Shown: positions 9,051 through 19,420 of the stretch, in pieces
Layout: each line of letters begins with the position of its first letter
How positions within the stretch are numbered: position 1 is the first letter of the stretch
Virus record (IMG/VR): IMGVR_UViG_3300023174_000057
Span: 32,001 to 96,000 of that record
DNA: 64,000 bases
Origin: a virus
Strand: one strand, 5' to 3'
The notes under the pieces: model-generated
The model's database searches: none
Told to the model about the DNA's origin: nothing
Seen by the model: only the letters and a program-made list of their open reading frames with translations
Program-made: the position numbers and the translations under genes

Positions 9051-9368
9051 GAGGTAGAGAGGTAGTAGAGGGATAGATAGAAGGTTGGATGTAACTGGTA
9101 CCAGAACCTACCACCACCAACAGAACCACACTCAGTCATCCCAATCTCAGTAACACCAACAGTCTCAGTAACAGCATCACCAGCATCAGTAACACCAGCA
9201 CTACCCGTAGCAGTACCAGTAACCGTAGTAGTACCAGCACCAGTAGTAGACGCAGTACCAACGGATAGCCTTGACGGTCTGTAACAGCCCAAGAGAACCA
9301 ATCCGACCTCTTTGAGAGGCTCGGGAGGGGTGAGGTGCGTCTAACGAGCCTATCACTCACGGAATCCT

Positions 9369-9692
9369 GTGAGTGACACGAGAACCTTGTTGCCGTTCCG
9401 TGGGTTGGTGGACAACTGCTGGAGCCTGTTGAGGGGAGACCTGTTCGTGAGCTTCCCTACGAGCTCTCGGTCACATCCCTCACGGGAAGTCTGTCTCCAG
9501 CCTATCGGGTACATCTGGCCGGGAGACTTCTGGGAGGGGCTGGTAGTCCCTACCCTTGCTGATCTGCTACGGAACCCCCCCACCTATCAGTTCGGGTGGA
9601 GGAACCCCCTCGCGAGGAATCTCGTGGAGGCGTATTTTCGGCGTTCCCTGACAGGATCGGTCTGGTCCTCGTGGGTGGACTTCTCTTTCTGA
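9369..9692 (+). CDS. Hypothetical protein
   Basis: ORF in operon orientation, preceded by a GAGCCTATC motif. Confidence 0.45.
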   Translation: MSDTRTLLPFRGLVDNCWSLLRGDLFVSFPTSSRSHPSREVCLQPIGYIWPGDFWEGLVVPTLADLLRNPPTYQFGWRNPLARNLVEAYFRRSLTGSVWSSWVDFSF

Positions 9693-9712
9693 CCGACTGA
9701 CAGGAGACCCTC

Positions 9713-10144
9713 ATGGCTGGTAGGCACATCACCCTCGACGCATCGGTTCGTGACCCCTCGGTGTTCTCCCACGACCACCTCCGGGGGTTCTTCCTCGGCC
9801 TCTGTGAGAAGCTGGACATGGAGATCATCCACGGACCCGTCTTCAAGGACGTGGGGATCGACCCTGCCAAGCTGGCAGCGGTCAAGTCCGGGGGGGTCTT
9901 CCAAGACGAGGGGGGTACCACCGGGATGGTGGTGATCAGCACCTCTCACATCTCGATCCACACTTGGGAGCTCCGTCGCTTCTTTCAACTCGACGTGTTC
10001 TCCTGCAAGAACTTCGACGGGGAAGCTGCCCTTCGGTTCATCTACGAGTCCCTCGGGGTCGTCCGCGCCAGCCTGTGCGAGATCGTCCGCTACGACGAGT
10101 ACACCCCTCCGACCGTCATGCAGACCACCACCGTCGTCCGGTGA
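9713..10144 (+). CDS. speD: S-adenosylmethionine decarboxylase proenzyme
   Basis: GRHITLD, GGTTGMVVISTSHISIHTW (pyruvoyl self-cleavage site), LDVFSC. Confidence 0.88.
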   Translation: MAGRHITLDASVRDPSVFSHDHLRGFFLGLCEKLDMEIIHGPVFKDVGIDPAKLAAVKSGGVFQDEGGTTGMVVISTSHISIHTWELRRFFQLDVFSCKNFDGEAALRFIYESLGVVRASLCEIVRYDEYTPPTVMQTTTVVR

Positions 10145-10191
10145 CCCTCGGGGCGTAACGGCGGGAGGCCCTATGGTGGGCCTCCTGTACG

Positions 10192-10839
10192 GTGCCCACG
10201 GTGTACGTCCCAACCTCCTGCATCTTGTTTCACGGTCCCGGCTCGGAGGCTGCGGGTCACGCCGCCGCCACGGCTTTCGGGAGGTTGCTCCCCTTCACGG
10301 GGTCGTCCCTCAAGAAGGAGGGGGCACGGGAGCTCGTGTCCCTCCTCTCCCAGCGGGCCGTGGGCAGTGGCCGCTCGGCGGTGTTGGTCGGTCCCGTGGA
10401 CGAGGTCAACCCCGCCACCAGTGATGTCCTCCTCAAGACCATCGAGGAGTTCAACCCGGACGGCACCCGCCCCTTCTTGTGGGCGTGGGACCTCGGCGGG
10501 GTGTCCCTCACCCTGCGGTCCCGGTGCGTCCTACGTTTCTGCCCCGGGGCGGACACCCGCACGGAGGACTACCTCTCCGTGGCCGAGTCCCTCGTCGGCG
10601 CGTACCGGGAGGGTGATTGGGTGACGGTGATCGAGACGGTGAAGGAGAGCGAGGGGTCAGACCTCCTCATCCGCGCCGTGGTGGACCTCCTCGCCCCCAA
10701 GCTCGCCGTCACCGACCCAGACCCAAGGCACGTCTCTCTCTGGGAGTGCCTTCGACCTCTGTTCAACGGGGCACCTCTCACGCCCGCTCGCTTGGTGGCA
10801 GCGTTCCTTCAAGCCGACCACCGGGCGGGGAGCCCGTGA
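10192..10839 (+). CDS. holB: DNA polymerase III delta-prime-like clamp-loader subunit
   Basis: DEVNPATSDVLLKTIEE and TLRSRC (SRC motif). Confidence 0.65.
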   Translation: MPTVYVPTSCILFHGPGSEAAGHAAATAFGRLLPFTGSSLKKEGARELVSLLSQRAVGSGRSAVLVGPVDEVNPATSDVLLKTIEEFNPDGTRPFLWAWDLGGVSLTLRSRCVLRFCPGADTRTEDYLSVAESLVGAYREGDWVTVIETVKESEGSDLLIRAVVDLLAPKLAVTDPDPRHVSLWECLRPLFNGAPLTPARLVAAFLQADHRAGSP

Positions 10840-11795
10840 AGCTCCCTGCGGCACTCTTGGTGGCGGGCACGGATGCCCACCGTCGCCGCGCGTTCGTCCG
10901 TGATCTCGTCACCAAGTGTGCGCGGGAGGGCTACGACACCCCGCCGTTGGACGGGACGGACAGGGCTGGTGTGCAGTCCCTCATGGGCTTTGTCGGGGTG
11001 CTGTCGTCCAAGCCCACCCTCGCCGTGGTCACGCACCCGGAGAAGTTGCACCCCGCCGACGTGGGCGACCACCTCCGTGACCCCAACCCCTGTCTCACCC
11101 TCCTGCTGGTGAGCGAGGTGGACAAGCCCTCGGGGGGCATCCTCGACGGGTTCCCCCCCGCCCAGACCAAGACGTTCACCCTCCCGCCCTTCTACAAGCT
11201 CGATGAGCACGCTGCGGAGTACGCGCGGGAGCTCGCCAAGTCTCGTGGTGTGGCCCTCCCTGATGGTCTCGCGCGGGCCATCGTGCGGAAGGTGGGCAAC
11301 GACCTCGGGGTGGTCTACTACGAGATCGACAAGGCCGTCACCCTCGCCCGCGCCCTCGGTGTGGTCCTGCTGGAGCCCGCGCACCTCAAGGGGACTCTCG
11401 CGCCTCTCACGGAGCTCGATGGCAGCACCGTGGTGGAAGCACTGGGCACCCGTAACGCGAAGCTCCTCGCGGACGAGCTCACCCGGTACAAGAACTCCAA
11501 GAAGGGCGACCCCACCATCGAGCTCTGTGGGCGCACGCTCACACCCACGGTCCTCCGTTGGCTCCAAGCCGCTCATCTCCACGGCAAGGGGGTGTCACCC
11601 GCCAGCGCCTCTGGGAGGGTAGGGTCGAGCCCGTGGTACTGGGAGCACAAGGTTCTCCCCTGTGCGCGAGCATGGGGGACTGATGGGTGCCGGGATCTGG
11701 TGGGGGCCATCGCACGCGCGCAAAACGCCGTGTTCGACGGGGCTGTCAGCCCTTGGGCGTTGCTGGAATCCGGCCTCCTTCGATTGTCTCGGTGA
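10836..11795 (+). CDS. holA: DNA polymerase III delta-like clamp-loader subunit
   Basis: VGNDLGVVYYEIDKA motif; 319 aa; coupled to holB. Confidence 0.65.
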   Translation: MKLPAALLVAGTDAHRRRAFVRDLVTKCAREGYDTPPLDGTDRAGVQSLMGFVGVLSSKPTLAVVTHPEKLHPADVGDHLRDPNPCLTLLLVSEVDKPSGGILDGFPPAQTKTFTLPPFYKLDEHAAEYARELAKSRGVALPDGLARAIVRKVGNDLGVVYYEIDKAVTLARALGVVLLEPAHLKGTLAPLTELDGSTVVEALGTRNAKLLADELTRYKNSKKGDPTIELCGRTLTPTVLRWLQAAHLHGKGVSPASASGRVGSSPWYWEHKVLPCARAWGTDGCRDLVGAIARAQNAVFDGAVSPWALLESGLLRLSR

Positions 11796-11906
11796 CCCCC
11801 GTTTGCCCTTTGATATCCGACCCGATGTACCCCCAGCGGGGGGGTCGGGGCGTCCACCCATCTTTTCCCCGACAACAACGCCTTGAGACGAGTGAGGAGT
11901 CAACTC

Positions 11907-14891
11907 ATGCTCGACGGGAGCCCTTTCCCCAATCTTCTGAGTGAGTTCGTGTACACGCGCACCTACGCGCGCTGGTTGGAGGACGCCAAGCGCCGCGAAT
12001 CGTGGCCCGAGACCGTCCTTCGTTACGTTGACTACATCTTCAAGGACAAGACCGTGCCGCACGGGCTCCGGGAGCGGGTCGAGAAGTTGATCCTCAACTT
12101 CGACGTGCTGGGTTCGATGCGGGCGTTGTGGTGCGCGGGTCCCGCGATGGACCGCGACAACGTGTGCGGGTACAACTGCTCGTCCCTGCCCGTGGACAAC
12201 CTCCGGGCGTTCAGCGAGGCCCTCTACATCCTCATGCAGGGCACGGGCGTGGGTTTCAGCGTCGAGCGCACGTTCACCGACAACCTCCCGGAGATCGCCC
12301 AACCCACGGGCGACACCATCGACTACATCATCCAAGACAGCACCGAAGGCTGGGCCGATGCCGTGTACTTCGGGATGGTGCAGTACCACCTCGGGCACCG
12401 GGTCAACTGGAACTACTCGCTCATCCGGGCGAAGGGTGAACGCCTCCACACCAAGGGTGGGCGGGCCAGCGGGCCGGAACCCCTCAAGCGAGTGCTGGAT
12501 TTCGCTGGAGAGACCATCGCCAACGCGGCGGGCCGTCGCCTGAAGCCCATCGAGGCGCACGACATCATGTGCATGATCGCGGAGATCGTGATGGTGGGCG
12601 GGTTCCGCCGCGCCAGCCTGATCTCCTTCAGCGACGTGGACGACGCGGAGATGCGCGACGCCAAGGACTGGTCGAAGGGGACGTTCCCGTCGATTCGGTA
12701 CATGGCGAACAACAGCGCCGTGTACTTCGACCGCCCCACGGAGGAGGTGTTCTGGCGCGAGTGGAACTCCCTCGCCAAGTCGGGCTCGGGCGAGCGGGGT
12801 TTCTACATCGTCAGTCCCCAGAACGTCGTCAAGCGCGGCGGCGAGTTTCGCAGTAATCCCTGCGTCACCGGGGACACCCGCGTGATGACCGACCGTGGCA
12901 TGGTCCAGATCCGTGACCTCGTCGGCAAGCCCTCCAAGCTCCTGCTCGACCAGCGGTTCGGCACGGACGGTTTCGGCCACACCACGGAAGCCGGGGCGTT
13001 CAAGACGGGCACGAAGGAAGTTTTCCGCCTCACCACGGAGGAGGGGTACACCCTGCGCCTCACGGCAGACCACCGTGTGATGACATCTCGCGGGTGGGTC
13101 GAGGCTCGTCACCTCACCCCCGCCGACCGGGTTCACGTCATCAACCACGGCGGTGGTTTCGGCACCAAGGGGGATGAGAACCTCGGGATGCTGGCCGGGT
13201 GGTTGTCGGGCGACGGCTGCGTGCTGGAGAACGGTGTCCCCCGCTTCTACTTCTACGGCGAGAAGCGTGAGCTCACGGCTCGCATGGCCGTGGCAGCGCA
13301 AGCCGTCACCGGGGGTGCGCTCCCGATGTTCCACACCTACCTCCCGATTGACCGTGACACCTTCCAGAGCGCGGACCTCCGCGAGTACCTCGGGGGGATG
13401 GCCAAGGGCCGGGTGCCGGAATTCGTCTGGCAGGGCACCAAGGACTGCCAGCGCGGTTACCTCTCGGCCCTGTTCAGTGCCGATGGGTCTGTGCAGGGAA
13501 CCCGTGAGAAGGGGGCCTCGGTGCGTCTGTCGTCGGTGGAGGCAGACCTCCTCCGCGACGTGCAGATGCTCCTGCTCAATTTCGGCGTAGCGTCGAAGCT
13601 CTACTTGAACCGACACGAGGCGGGCACCCGCCTACTGCCCGATGGCAATGGTGGTCTGGCTCCGTACCCGTGCCAAGCGGATCACGAGCTCGTGGTGAGC
13701 AAGGCCAACCTCGTCGCGTTCCACCGCAACGTAGGCTTCATGCTGGCCTCCAAGGAGGCCAAGCTGACTGCGCTCGTCGATGGGTTCGTTCGTGGCCCCT
13801 ACGCCGAAAAGTTCACCGCTCGGGTATCCACCATCGAGTCCTGCGGCGTCGAGGACGTGTACGACCTCACGGAGCCGACGACGCACTCGTTCGTGGCGAA
13901 CGGCGTGGTGGTCCACAACTGCGGCGAGATCCTCCTGCGCTTCAAGCGGGCGACCGACCCGTGGACGGGCGCGGGCGGCGGTGGGCAGTTCTGCAACCTC
14001 ACGGCGGCGGTGATGCGCCCGCACGACACCCTTGAAACGATGGCCGAGAAGGTTCACGCGGCGACGTGGCTGGGGGTGATTCAGTCCTCTTACACGCACT
14101 TCCCCTACCTTCGCCCCGCGTGGAAGGAGCTTTGCGACGAGGACCGCCTCGTGGGCGTGGACATCACGGGCCAGTGCGACAACCCGGCGCTCTCGGGCGA
14201 CGAGGAAGCGATGACGTACCTCAATGCCCTCGCACGTTCGACGGCGATCATCGCGGCGGCAACCCTCAAGGTTAACCGCCCTGCGGCGATCACCTGCGGC
14301 AAGCCCAGCGGGAACTCGTCGCAGTTCGTGGACTGCGCCAGCGGGTTTCACACCCGCTACGCGAAGCACTACTTCCGGCACGTTCGGATTTCTTCCAAGG
14401 ACCCGTTGTTCCACCTCGTGCGGGACCAAGGCGTACCCCTCTTCAAAGAGAACGGGCAGGAGCACTTGGAGGACGACAAGGTGGACGTGTGGGTGGCGCG
14501 GTTCCCGGTGAAGAGCCCCGATGGTGCGAAGCTCCGCGAGCACGAGCGGGCGCTTCAGCAGTTGGAGCGGTACCGCCAGATCATGCGGACGTGGTGCGGT
14601 GACAAGGGTCACAACCAGAGCGCGACCGTGTACGTCCGGGACGAAGAGTGGCAGGAAGTCGGTCAATGGCTCTGGGAGCACTTCGACGAGGTGACCGGGC
14701 TGTCGTTCCTGAACTACGACGGGGGCGCGTACCGCCTCGCCCCCTACGTCGAGATCACGGAGGAGGAGTACCTCGCCGCCCAGAAGGTGATGCCGCGCGT
14801 GCGGTTCGACCTGCTGCGTCGGTACGAAACGGGCGACATGGGCGACGGTGCCCGTGAAGCCGCGTGCGTGGGTGGGGCGTGCGACGTTTGA
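11907..14891 (+). CDS. nrdJ: Class II (B12-dependent) ribonucleotide reductase containing an intein
   Basis: YTRTYAR, YNC, GTGVGFSVE, NP[intein]CGEI, KPSGN, C-terminal CVGGACDV. Confidence 0.92.
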   Translation: MLDGSPFPNLLSEFVYTRTYARWLEDAKRRESWPETVLRYVDYIFKDKTVPHGLRERVEKLILNFDVLGSMRALWCAGPAMDRDNVCGYNCSSLPVDNLRAFSEALYILMQGTGVGFSVERTFTDNLPEIAQPTGDTIDYIIQDSTEGWADAVYFGMVQYHLGHRVNWNYSLIRAKGERLHTKGGRASGPEPLKRVLDFAGETIANAAGRRLKPIEAHDIMCMIAEIVMVGGFRRASLISFSDVDDAEMRDAKDWSKGTFPSIRYMANNSAVYFDRPTEEVFWREWNSLAKSGSGERGFYIVSPQNVVKRGGEFRSNPCVTGDTRVMTDRGMVQIRDLVGKPSKLLLDQRFGTDGFGHTTEAGAFKTGTKEVFRLTTEEGYTLRLTADHRVMTSRGWVEARHLTPADRVHVINHGGGFGTKGDENLGMLAGWLSGDGCVLENGVPRFYFYGEKRELTARMAVAAQAVTGGALPMFHTYLPIDRDTFQSADLREYLGGMAKGRVPEFVWQGTKDCQRGYLSALFSADGSVQGTREKGASVRLSSVEADLLRDVQMLLLNFGVASKLYLNRHEAGTRLLPDGNGGLAPYPCQADHELVVSKANLVAFHRNVGFMLASKEAKLTALVDGFVRGPYAEKFTARVSTIESCGVEDVYDLTEPTTHSFVANGVVVHNCGEILLRFKRATDPWTGAGGGGQFCNLTAAVMRPHDTLETMAEKVHAATWLGVIQSSYTHFPYLRPAWKELCDEDRLVGVDITGQCDNPALSGDEEAMTYLNALARSTAIIAAATLKVNRPAAITCGKPSGNSSQFVDCASGFHTRYAKHYFRHVRISSKDPLFHLVRDQGVPLFKENGQEHLEDDKVDVWVARFPVKSPDGAKLREHERALQQLERYRQIMRTWCGDKGHNQSATVYVRDEEWQEVGQWLWEHFDEVTGLSFLNYDGGAYRLAPYVEITEEEYLAAQKVMPRVRFDLLRRYETGDMGDGAREAACVGGACDV
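12861..13919 (+). mobile_element. Intein with LAGLIDADG endonuclease in NrdJ (353 aa)
   Basis: Starts CVTGDTRV, ends VVHN before C+1; GWLSGDG and SALFSADG motifs. Confidence 0.92.
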
Positions 14892-14919
14892 CCGACCCCT
14901 CGCGAGGTCAGAAATGAGA

Positions 14920-14951
14920 AGGGCCGGGTCGCCTCGCGGTGACCCGGCCCT
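14920..14951. terminator. Hairpin between convergent genes, likely bidirectional terminator
   Basis: AGGGCCGGGTCGCC-TCGC-GGTGACCCGGCCCT, 14-bp stem. Confidence 0.75.
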
Positions 14952-14977
14952 CTTCGTTTGACCCGTGTTGGTTACGG

Positions 14978-15745
14978 TCAGACGCTCTTGAGCGCGGCCA
15001 TGAACTCGTTGTGGGCCTTCTCGACCTTCGCGCCCCCGCCGAAGATCACGTCGGTCGCGGCCTTCGCCACGGACACGATCTTGTCCCAGCCGTTCTTGAT
15101 GTAGTCGCGGAACTTCGCGAGCACACCCACGATGGAGAACGCTTGCTTCTGGGCAGCGGTCTTGCTCGGGGACGCCTCGCGGGCCTCCAGCACGAACCCG
15201 TCGAGCGACACGCGCATGGTCTTGTGCTGCTCTTGGAGAGCCTCGTTCGTCGAGACGATGAACTTGGCGACCTCGTCACCGTACTTCGCCGCCACCGCCG
15301 CGAGCATCTGCTCCTGCACGGAGTTGAGGGTGCCCTTCACGGCCACGACCTTGAGCTTCGCTTGGGCCTCCACGAGAGAGGTCTTGCGCTCGATGATGAC
15401 GTTGCCCTGCGCCTCCAAGTTCTCCTTGTAGGCGTCCTTGATCGCCTCGACGGCGTCCTTGTAGGTCTTGTCGGCTTCCTTCAGACGCTTGAGGAGGTCA
15501 CCCGCCACCGCGTCGATCTCCGCTTGGATCGTCTTGAGGTGGGTCTCCGCAGCCGACAGGTCACGGATCTGGTTCGTGAACCCATCGTAGCCCTGCACCA
15601 GCACCGTGGGCATCTTCGACGCGGCGGTGCGGAGCGCGGTCTCGGCCTCCTCTTCGCGGAAGAGATGGGCGATGGCGCGGCGGTTGGGGTCACCCTTGGG
15701 GAGGGTGCTGGCGACACGGAGCAGTTGGGCCTTCAGATCGGACAT
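14978..15745 (-). CDS. Coiled-coil hypothetical protein (possible virion/internal protein)
   Basis: Strong GC3 bias; MSDLKAQLLRVAS N-terminus; RTAAS and KTAA motifs. Confidence 0.7.
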   Translation of the reverse strand: MSDLKAQLLRVASTLPKGDPNRRAIAHLFREEEAETALRTAASKMPTVLVQGYDGFTNQIRDLSAAETHLKTIQAEIDAVAGDLLKRLKEADKTYKDAVEAIKDAYKENLEAQGNVIIERKTSLVEAQAKLKVVAVKGTLNSVQEQMLAAVAAKYGDEVAKFIVSTNEALQEQHKTMRVSLDGFVLEAREASPSKTAAQKQAFSIVGVLAKFRDYIKNGWDKIVSVAKAATDVIFGGGAKVEKAHNEFMAALKSV

Positions 15746-15824
15746 GGGGTTTACCTCGTCTGTGTGGATGTCTCGCCCGCAACCAGACGGGCATCAACCC
15801 GTGGAGCTTATAGGCTCTTCAATC

Positions 15825-15832
15825 GGGCGTAA
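15825..15832 (+). promoter_or_regulatory. GGGCGTAA motif (representative copy) 8 nt before the recD2 ATG
   Basis: Same 7-8 nt spacing before eight start codons in the window. Confidence 0.6.
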
Positions 15833-15840
15833 CGTGAACT

Positions 15841-18168
15841 ATGTCCCCGACTAGCAAGTCCCAGCCCATGTACTTCTCAGGGCGGGTCCATTCCGTCAAC
15901 TTCTCGGACGAGGCCAAGGCGTTCTACGTCCTCCGCATGACCCTCGACGCGGAGTGCGTGCAGGGGGGCACGGGGGTCATCACCATCCGTGGGGACATCC
16001 CCGGGGTGAAGGTCGCCGTGGGCGCGTGGTTCGGCTGGGAGGGGGTGTGGGACGACCATCCCAAGTACGGGCGGCAAGTGAAGGTCACCCGCGCCCCGGT
16101 GCTGAAGGACGGGTGGGACAACGACACCTGTGTGAAGGTGCTGGTCTCGCAGGGCATCGGTCCCGCCGTTGCGGCGAAGCTCCGCGAGGCGTTCACGGAC
16201 GACCTTGCGATTGCCCTTGCCGACCCGGAGCGGATCAAGACGGTGCCGGGGATGACCCCGTTCATCGCGGAGCACATCGCCCACAAGTGGAAGCTCGCCC
16301 GCAGTCAGTACCTCACCCTCGACTTCTTGGGTGACCTCGGGCTCCCGCAGGGCAAGATCCGACAGGTCTGGGAGGTGTTCGGGGACACGGCCCAAGACGT
16401 ACTGGCCACCGACCCTTGGTCTTTGTTGAAGATCGACGGTGTCACGTTCGATGACTGCGACGTGGTCGCCCGTCGCTTGGGTTTGGACTGCTCGCCGTCC
16501 AACCTCAACCGCGTGAAGGGCGCGGTTTACCACGCGACCAAGACCAGCAAGGGGATGGGGCACCTCTATCTCTCGTCGGGAGAACTCTTGGGTGCCGTGC
16601 GCCCGCTGGACCCGCTCATGTCCGACCGGGACATCGCCGCTGGGCTCAAGGCTCTCGTAGAGGATGCCCGTCTGGTGGTGGACCGGGCGACACTCCCCGG
16701 ACTCACGGCCATCTACGACCCGTGGTCCTTCAAGACCGAGAGCGGATCGGCGGATGTCCTTCGGGACAGGCTCGCGACCGCTGCGATCCCTCCCGACCGC
16801 GCCGCGAGGTACGCCAAGGCGCTCCTTGGGGAGGAGACTCCCGGTCTGACCCTCCGTGAGGCCGGGGCTCAGTACCTCTCCAAGGTGGGCACCAGCCTCG
16901 GTATCTCTCTCTCCTCGGCGCAGATGGGGGCTGTGCTCAACGCCCTCACCGAGTCCGTGTCCGTCATCACGGGACTCCCGGGCTCGGGCAAGACGACCTC
17001 CCTCCGCATGGCTCTCACCCTCCTCCACGAAGCCGGGATGGTCCCTCTGGTGGTCGCGCCTACGGGCATTGCCGCGAAGCGGGTGGCGTCGGTCACGGGC
17101 GTCACTGCGAGCACAATCCACCGCGCCTTCAAGGCCAAGGGGATCGAGAGCGAGGACGGGCGAGAAGTCACCTACGCTGGGGTGGTGGGCGACCGGAGCG
17201 AAGCCTCCGTGAGCAACGGTGCCGACGAGCAATGGGGCTACGGCCCCAACAACCCGCACCCCGCTGAGGTGGTGGTGATCGACGAGTCCAGCATGGTGGA
17301 CCAAGCCGTCCTGTACCGCATCCTCACCTGCACCCGCGCCGACACCCGTCTGGTGTTCGTCGGTGACGCAGCGCAGCTACCCTCGGTGGGCGCGGGCAAC
17401 GTCCTGCGCGACATCATCGCCTCGGGGCGCTTCCCCACGGTGTCTCTCACGGAGATCTTTCGCCAATCCGACACCAGCCCCATCGTGACGGCAGCGCACG
17501 ACATCTTCCACGGGCGTGTGCCAGAAGCTCCCCTTCAGTCGGACTTCCGGCTGTTCCCGCTGGCCGACGAGGACGAAGTGTTGAAGCTGGTGCTCAACCT
17601 GTCCGAGAAGCTCTACGGGCAGCGGGCCAATTTCCAAGTTCTGTCCCCCCGGCACGCGGGCACCTTGGGCGTGACCAACCTCAACACCCGGTTGCGTGCG
17701 ATCCTCAACCCCGCGCAGCACGGGCTCCACGAGATGACCGTGGGCGGTGAGGTTCTCCGTGAGGGCGACCGGGTGATCGTGAGCAAGAACGACTACAAAC
17801 TCGGGGTCTTCAACGGCGACGTGGCCAAGATCAATCGCATCGACAAGAACGCCAAGATGGTCGAGATCAAGATCCACGGACCGCCCGTGGTGATGGTCTC
17901 GGTCCCGTTCGCCAAGGTAGGGACACTCCTCCGTCTCGCGTATGCCGTGACCGTTCACCGTTGTCAGGGCTTGGAGTACGACGTGGTGGTGATGCCCTTG
18001 GTTGGGAGCTTCGCCCACCAACTCCAGAGGAACCTCTTCTACACGGCCATCACCCGCGCCAAGAAGAAGGTGTTGTTGGTCGGCACCTACAGCGCGATGG
18101 TGCGAGCGGTGGACAACAACCGCGAAGACGCTCGGAACACGCTCTTTTCCCACCGTCTGCGAGCGTAA
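15841..18168 (+). CDS. recD2: RecD2-like SF1B helicase
   Basis: N-terminal OB and HhH domains, GLPGSGKT, IDESSM, VGDAAQLPSV, AYAVTVHRCQGLE, YTAITRA. Confidence 0.92.
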   Translation: MSPTSKSQPMYFSGRVHSVNFSDEAKAFYVLRMTLDAECVQGGTGVITIRGDIPGVKVAVGAWFGWEGVWDDHPKYGRQVKVTRAPVLKDGWDNDTCVKVLVSQGIGPAVAAKLREAFTDDLAIALADPERIKTVPGMTPFIAEHIAHKWKLARSQYLTLDFLGDLGLPQGKIRQVWEVFGDTAQDVLATDPWSLLKIDGVTFDDCDVVARRLGLDCSPSNLNRVKGAVYHATKTSKGMGHLYLSSGELLGAVRPLDPLMSDRDIAAGLKALVEDARLVVDRATLPGLTAIYDPWSFKTESGSADVLRDRLATAAIPPDRAARYAKALLGEETPGLTLREAGAQYLSKVGTSLGISLSSAQMGAVLNALTESVSVITGLPGSGKTTSLRMALTLLHEAGMVPLVVAPTGIAAKRVASVTGVTASTIHRAFKAKGIESEDGREVTYAGVVGDRSEASVSNGADEQWGYGPNNPHPAEVVVIDESSMVDQAVLYRILTCTRADTRLVFVGDAAQLPSVGAGNVLRDIIASGRFPTVSLTEIFRQSDTSPIVTAAHDIFHGRVPEAPLQSDFRLFPLADEDEVLKLVLNLSEKLYGQRANFQVLSPRHAGTLGVTNLNTRLRAILNPAQHGLHEMTVGGEVLREGDRVIVSKNDYKLGVFNGDVAKINRIDKNAKMVEIKIHGPPVVMVSVPFAKVGTLLRLAYAVTVHRCQGLEYDVVVMPLVGSFAHQLQRNLFYTAITRAKKKVLLVGTYSAMVRAVDNNREDARNTLFSHRLRA

Positions 18169-18193
18169 GGGTCAGGGAGAGGACACACACACA

Positions 18194-18586
18194 ATGAGCA
18201 ACGACGAGCTTCGGGCACTGGTGCAGCGGGTCAAGGCGGGTCTGAGGATCACCAAGGTGGTCGCGACCCGCTCGGTGAAGGGACGGGGCGGCGACACCTT
18301 CGCGGGTTTCTCTGCCGCGTGGAACAGCGTGCAGGAGGACGGCGGGCAGGGGCTCGTCTCCAGCACCGACGACGGCGAGGAGTCTCAGACCCTCACAGGC
18401 ATGACGATGCAGGAAGGCATCGTGGCGTCCATCCTCGTGGCCCGTGAGGCCGACATTGCGGCGTATCGTAACGCTGCGGCGGGTGGAAACATCTCGCAGT
18501 CCCACGCTGACGCGGCCATCGCGGCCATTCGCAGCAACTACAGCAAGATGCTCGTGCAAGCCCTTGGGAACGATGTCAACAAGTGA
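18194..18586 (+). CDS. Hypothetical protein
   Basis: GGAGAGG SD; codon bias. Confidence 0.65.
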   Translation: MSNDELRALVQRVKAGLRITKVVATRSVKGRGGDTFAGFSAAWNSVQEDGGQGLVSSTDDGEESQTLTGMTMQEGIVASILVAREADIAAYRNAAAGGNISQSHADAAIAAIRSNYSKMLVQALGNDVNK

Positions 18587-19328
18587 CCCCATGCTCGACC
18601 CCTCTCACATCGAGGGGTTGTACACGTCCCTCGGCGCGATGCAGGTCGAGCTCGACGCGGACCCTCTGGAGCTCGGCCCCAAGCGGCTGAACGCCAAGAT
18701 CGCGGAGTGCCGGGGGATGCTCTCCCGGTGCGAGCGGATCTTCCTCGACGTGTCGCAGTCCCTCCACCGCTACAAGCGGGAGCACCGCGCAGCATCCGCC
18801 GACTTCAAGCTCCGTATGCGCGACCTCCTCACCAACGACCCAGAGGTGAGAATGGGTCGGAACGTGACGGACCGTGAGGCCATCGCGGCCAACAAGATGC
18901 GCCCGGAAGCAGAGGAGATCGACCGTCTCACGGCGTGCGTGGAGGACTTGGAAGCGGTCATCACGGTGGTCCGCACCAAGCGCGCCGACCTCAAGGACAT
19001 ACAGGGGCGGCTGAAGGACCAACTCAAGGTCTGCCAAGAGGAGATCTCCCTTGGCGGGCGCTGGGGGCGGGGTCAGCCGTCTCTCCGTCGCGATCCCGGT
19101 AGTGACTCGGTGAACGCCTTCTTGGGCGAGCTCTCACACACGCCGCGCGCGGCGGATGAGAACTTGGGTCCCGCTGTCGAGCTCTTGGGCGACACCACGG
19201 CACCCACTGACCGGGTGTTGGAGGCCCTCCCCGACGAGGTGCCCGTTCTGATCACGTCACACCCCGACACGGAAGTGTTCACCGACAAGGGCATCGACGA
19301 CATCCTCGACATTCTTGGGGCTCTCTGA
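18573..19328 (+). CDS. Coiled-coil protein (possible recombination mediator)
   Basis: Helical protein with acidic C-tail (DDILDIL); next to SSB. Confidence 0.55.
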   Translation: MSTSDPMLDPSHIEGLYTSLGAMQVELDADPLELGPKRLNAKIAECRGMLSRCERIFLDVSQSLHRYKREHRAASADFKLRMRDLLTNDPEVRMGRNVTDREAIAANKMRPEAEEIDRLTACVEDLEAVITVVRTKRADLKDIQGRLKDQLKVCQEEISLGGRWGRGQPSLRRDPGSDSVNAFLGELSHTPRAADENLGPAVELLGDTTAPTDRVLEALPDEVPVLITSHPDTEVFTDKGIDDILDILGAL

Positions 19329-19420
19329 AAAAAAAATCGGAGCCCGCCCCCCACTGAGCGTAACAACACCTGCGAGCAACCTGTCCCAACCACTGACCCG
19401 CTCGCACCAAGGAAGACAAC

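Noticed and set aside
11595-13616. Long antisense ORFs (673 aa here; also 4362-5798, 15877-17304, 48322-50139, 62593-63939)
   Set aside because: Shadow ORFs caused by high GC3 on the opposite strand of well-supported genes.
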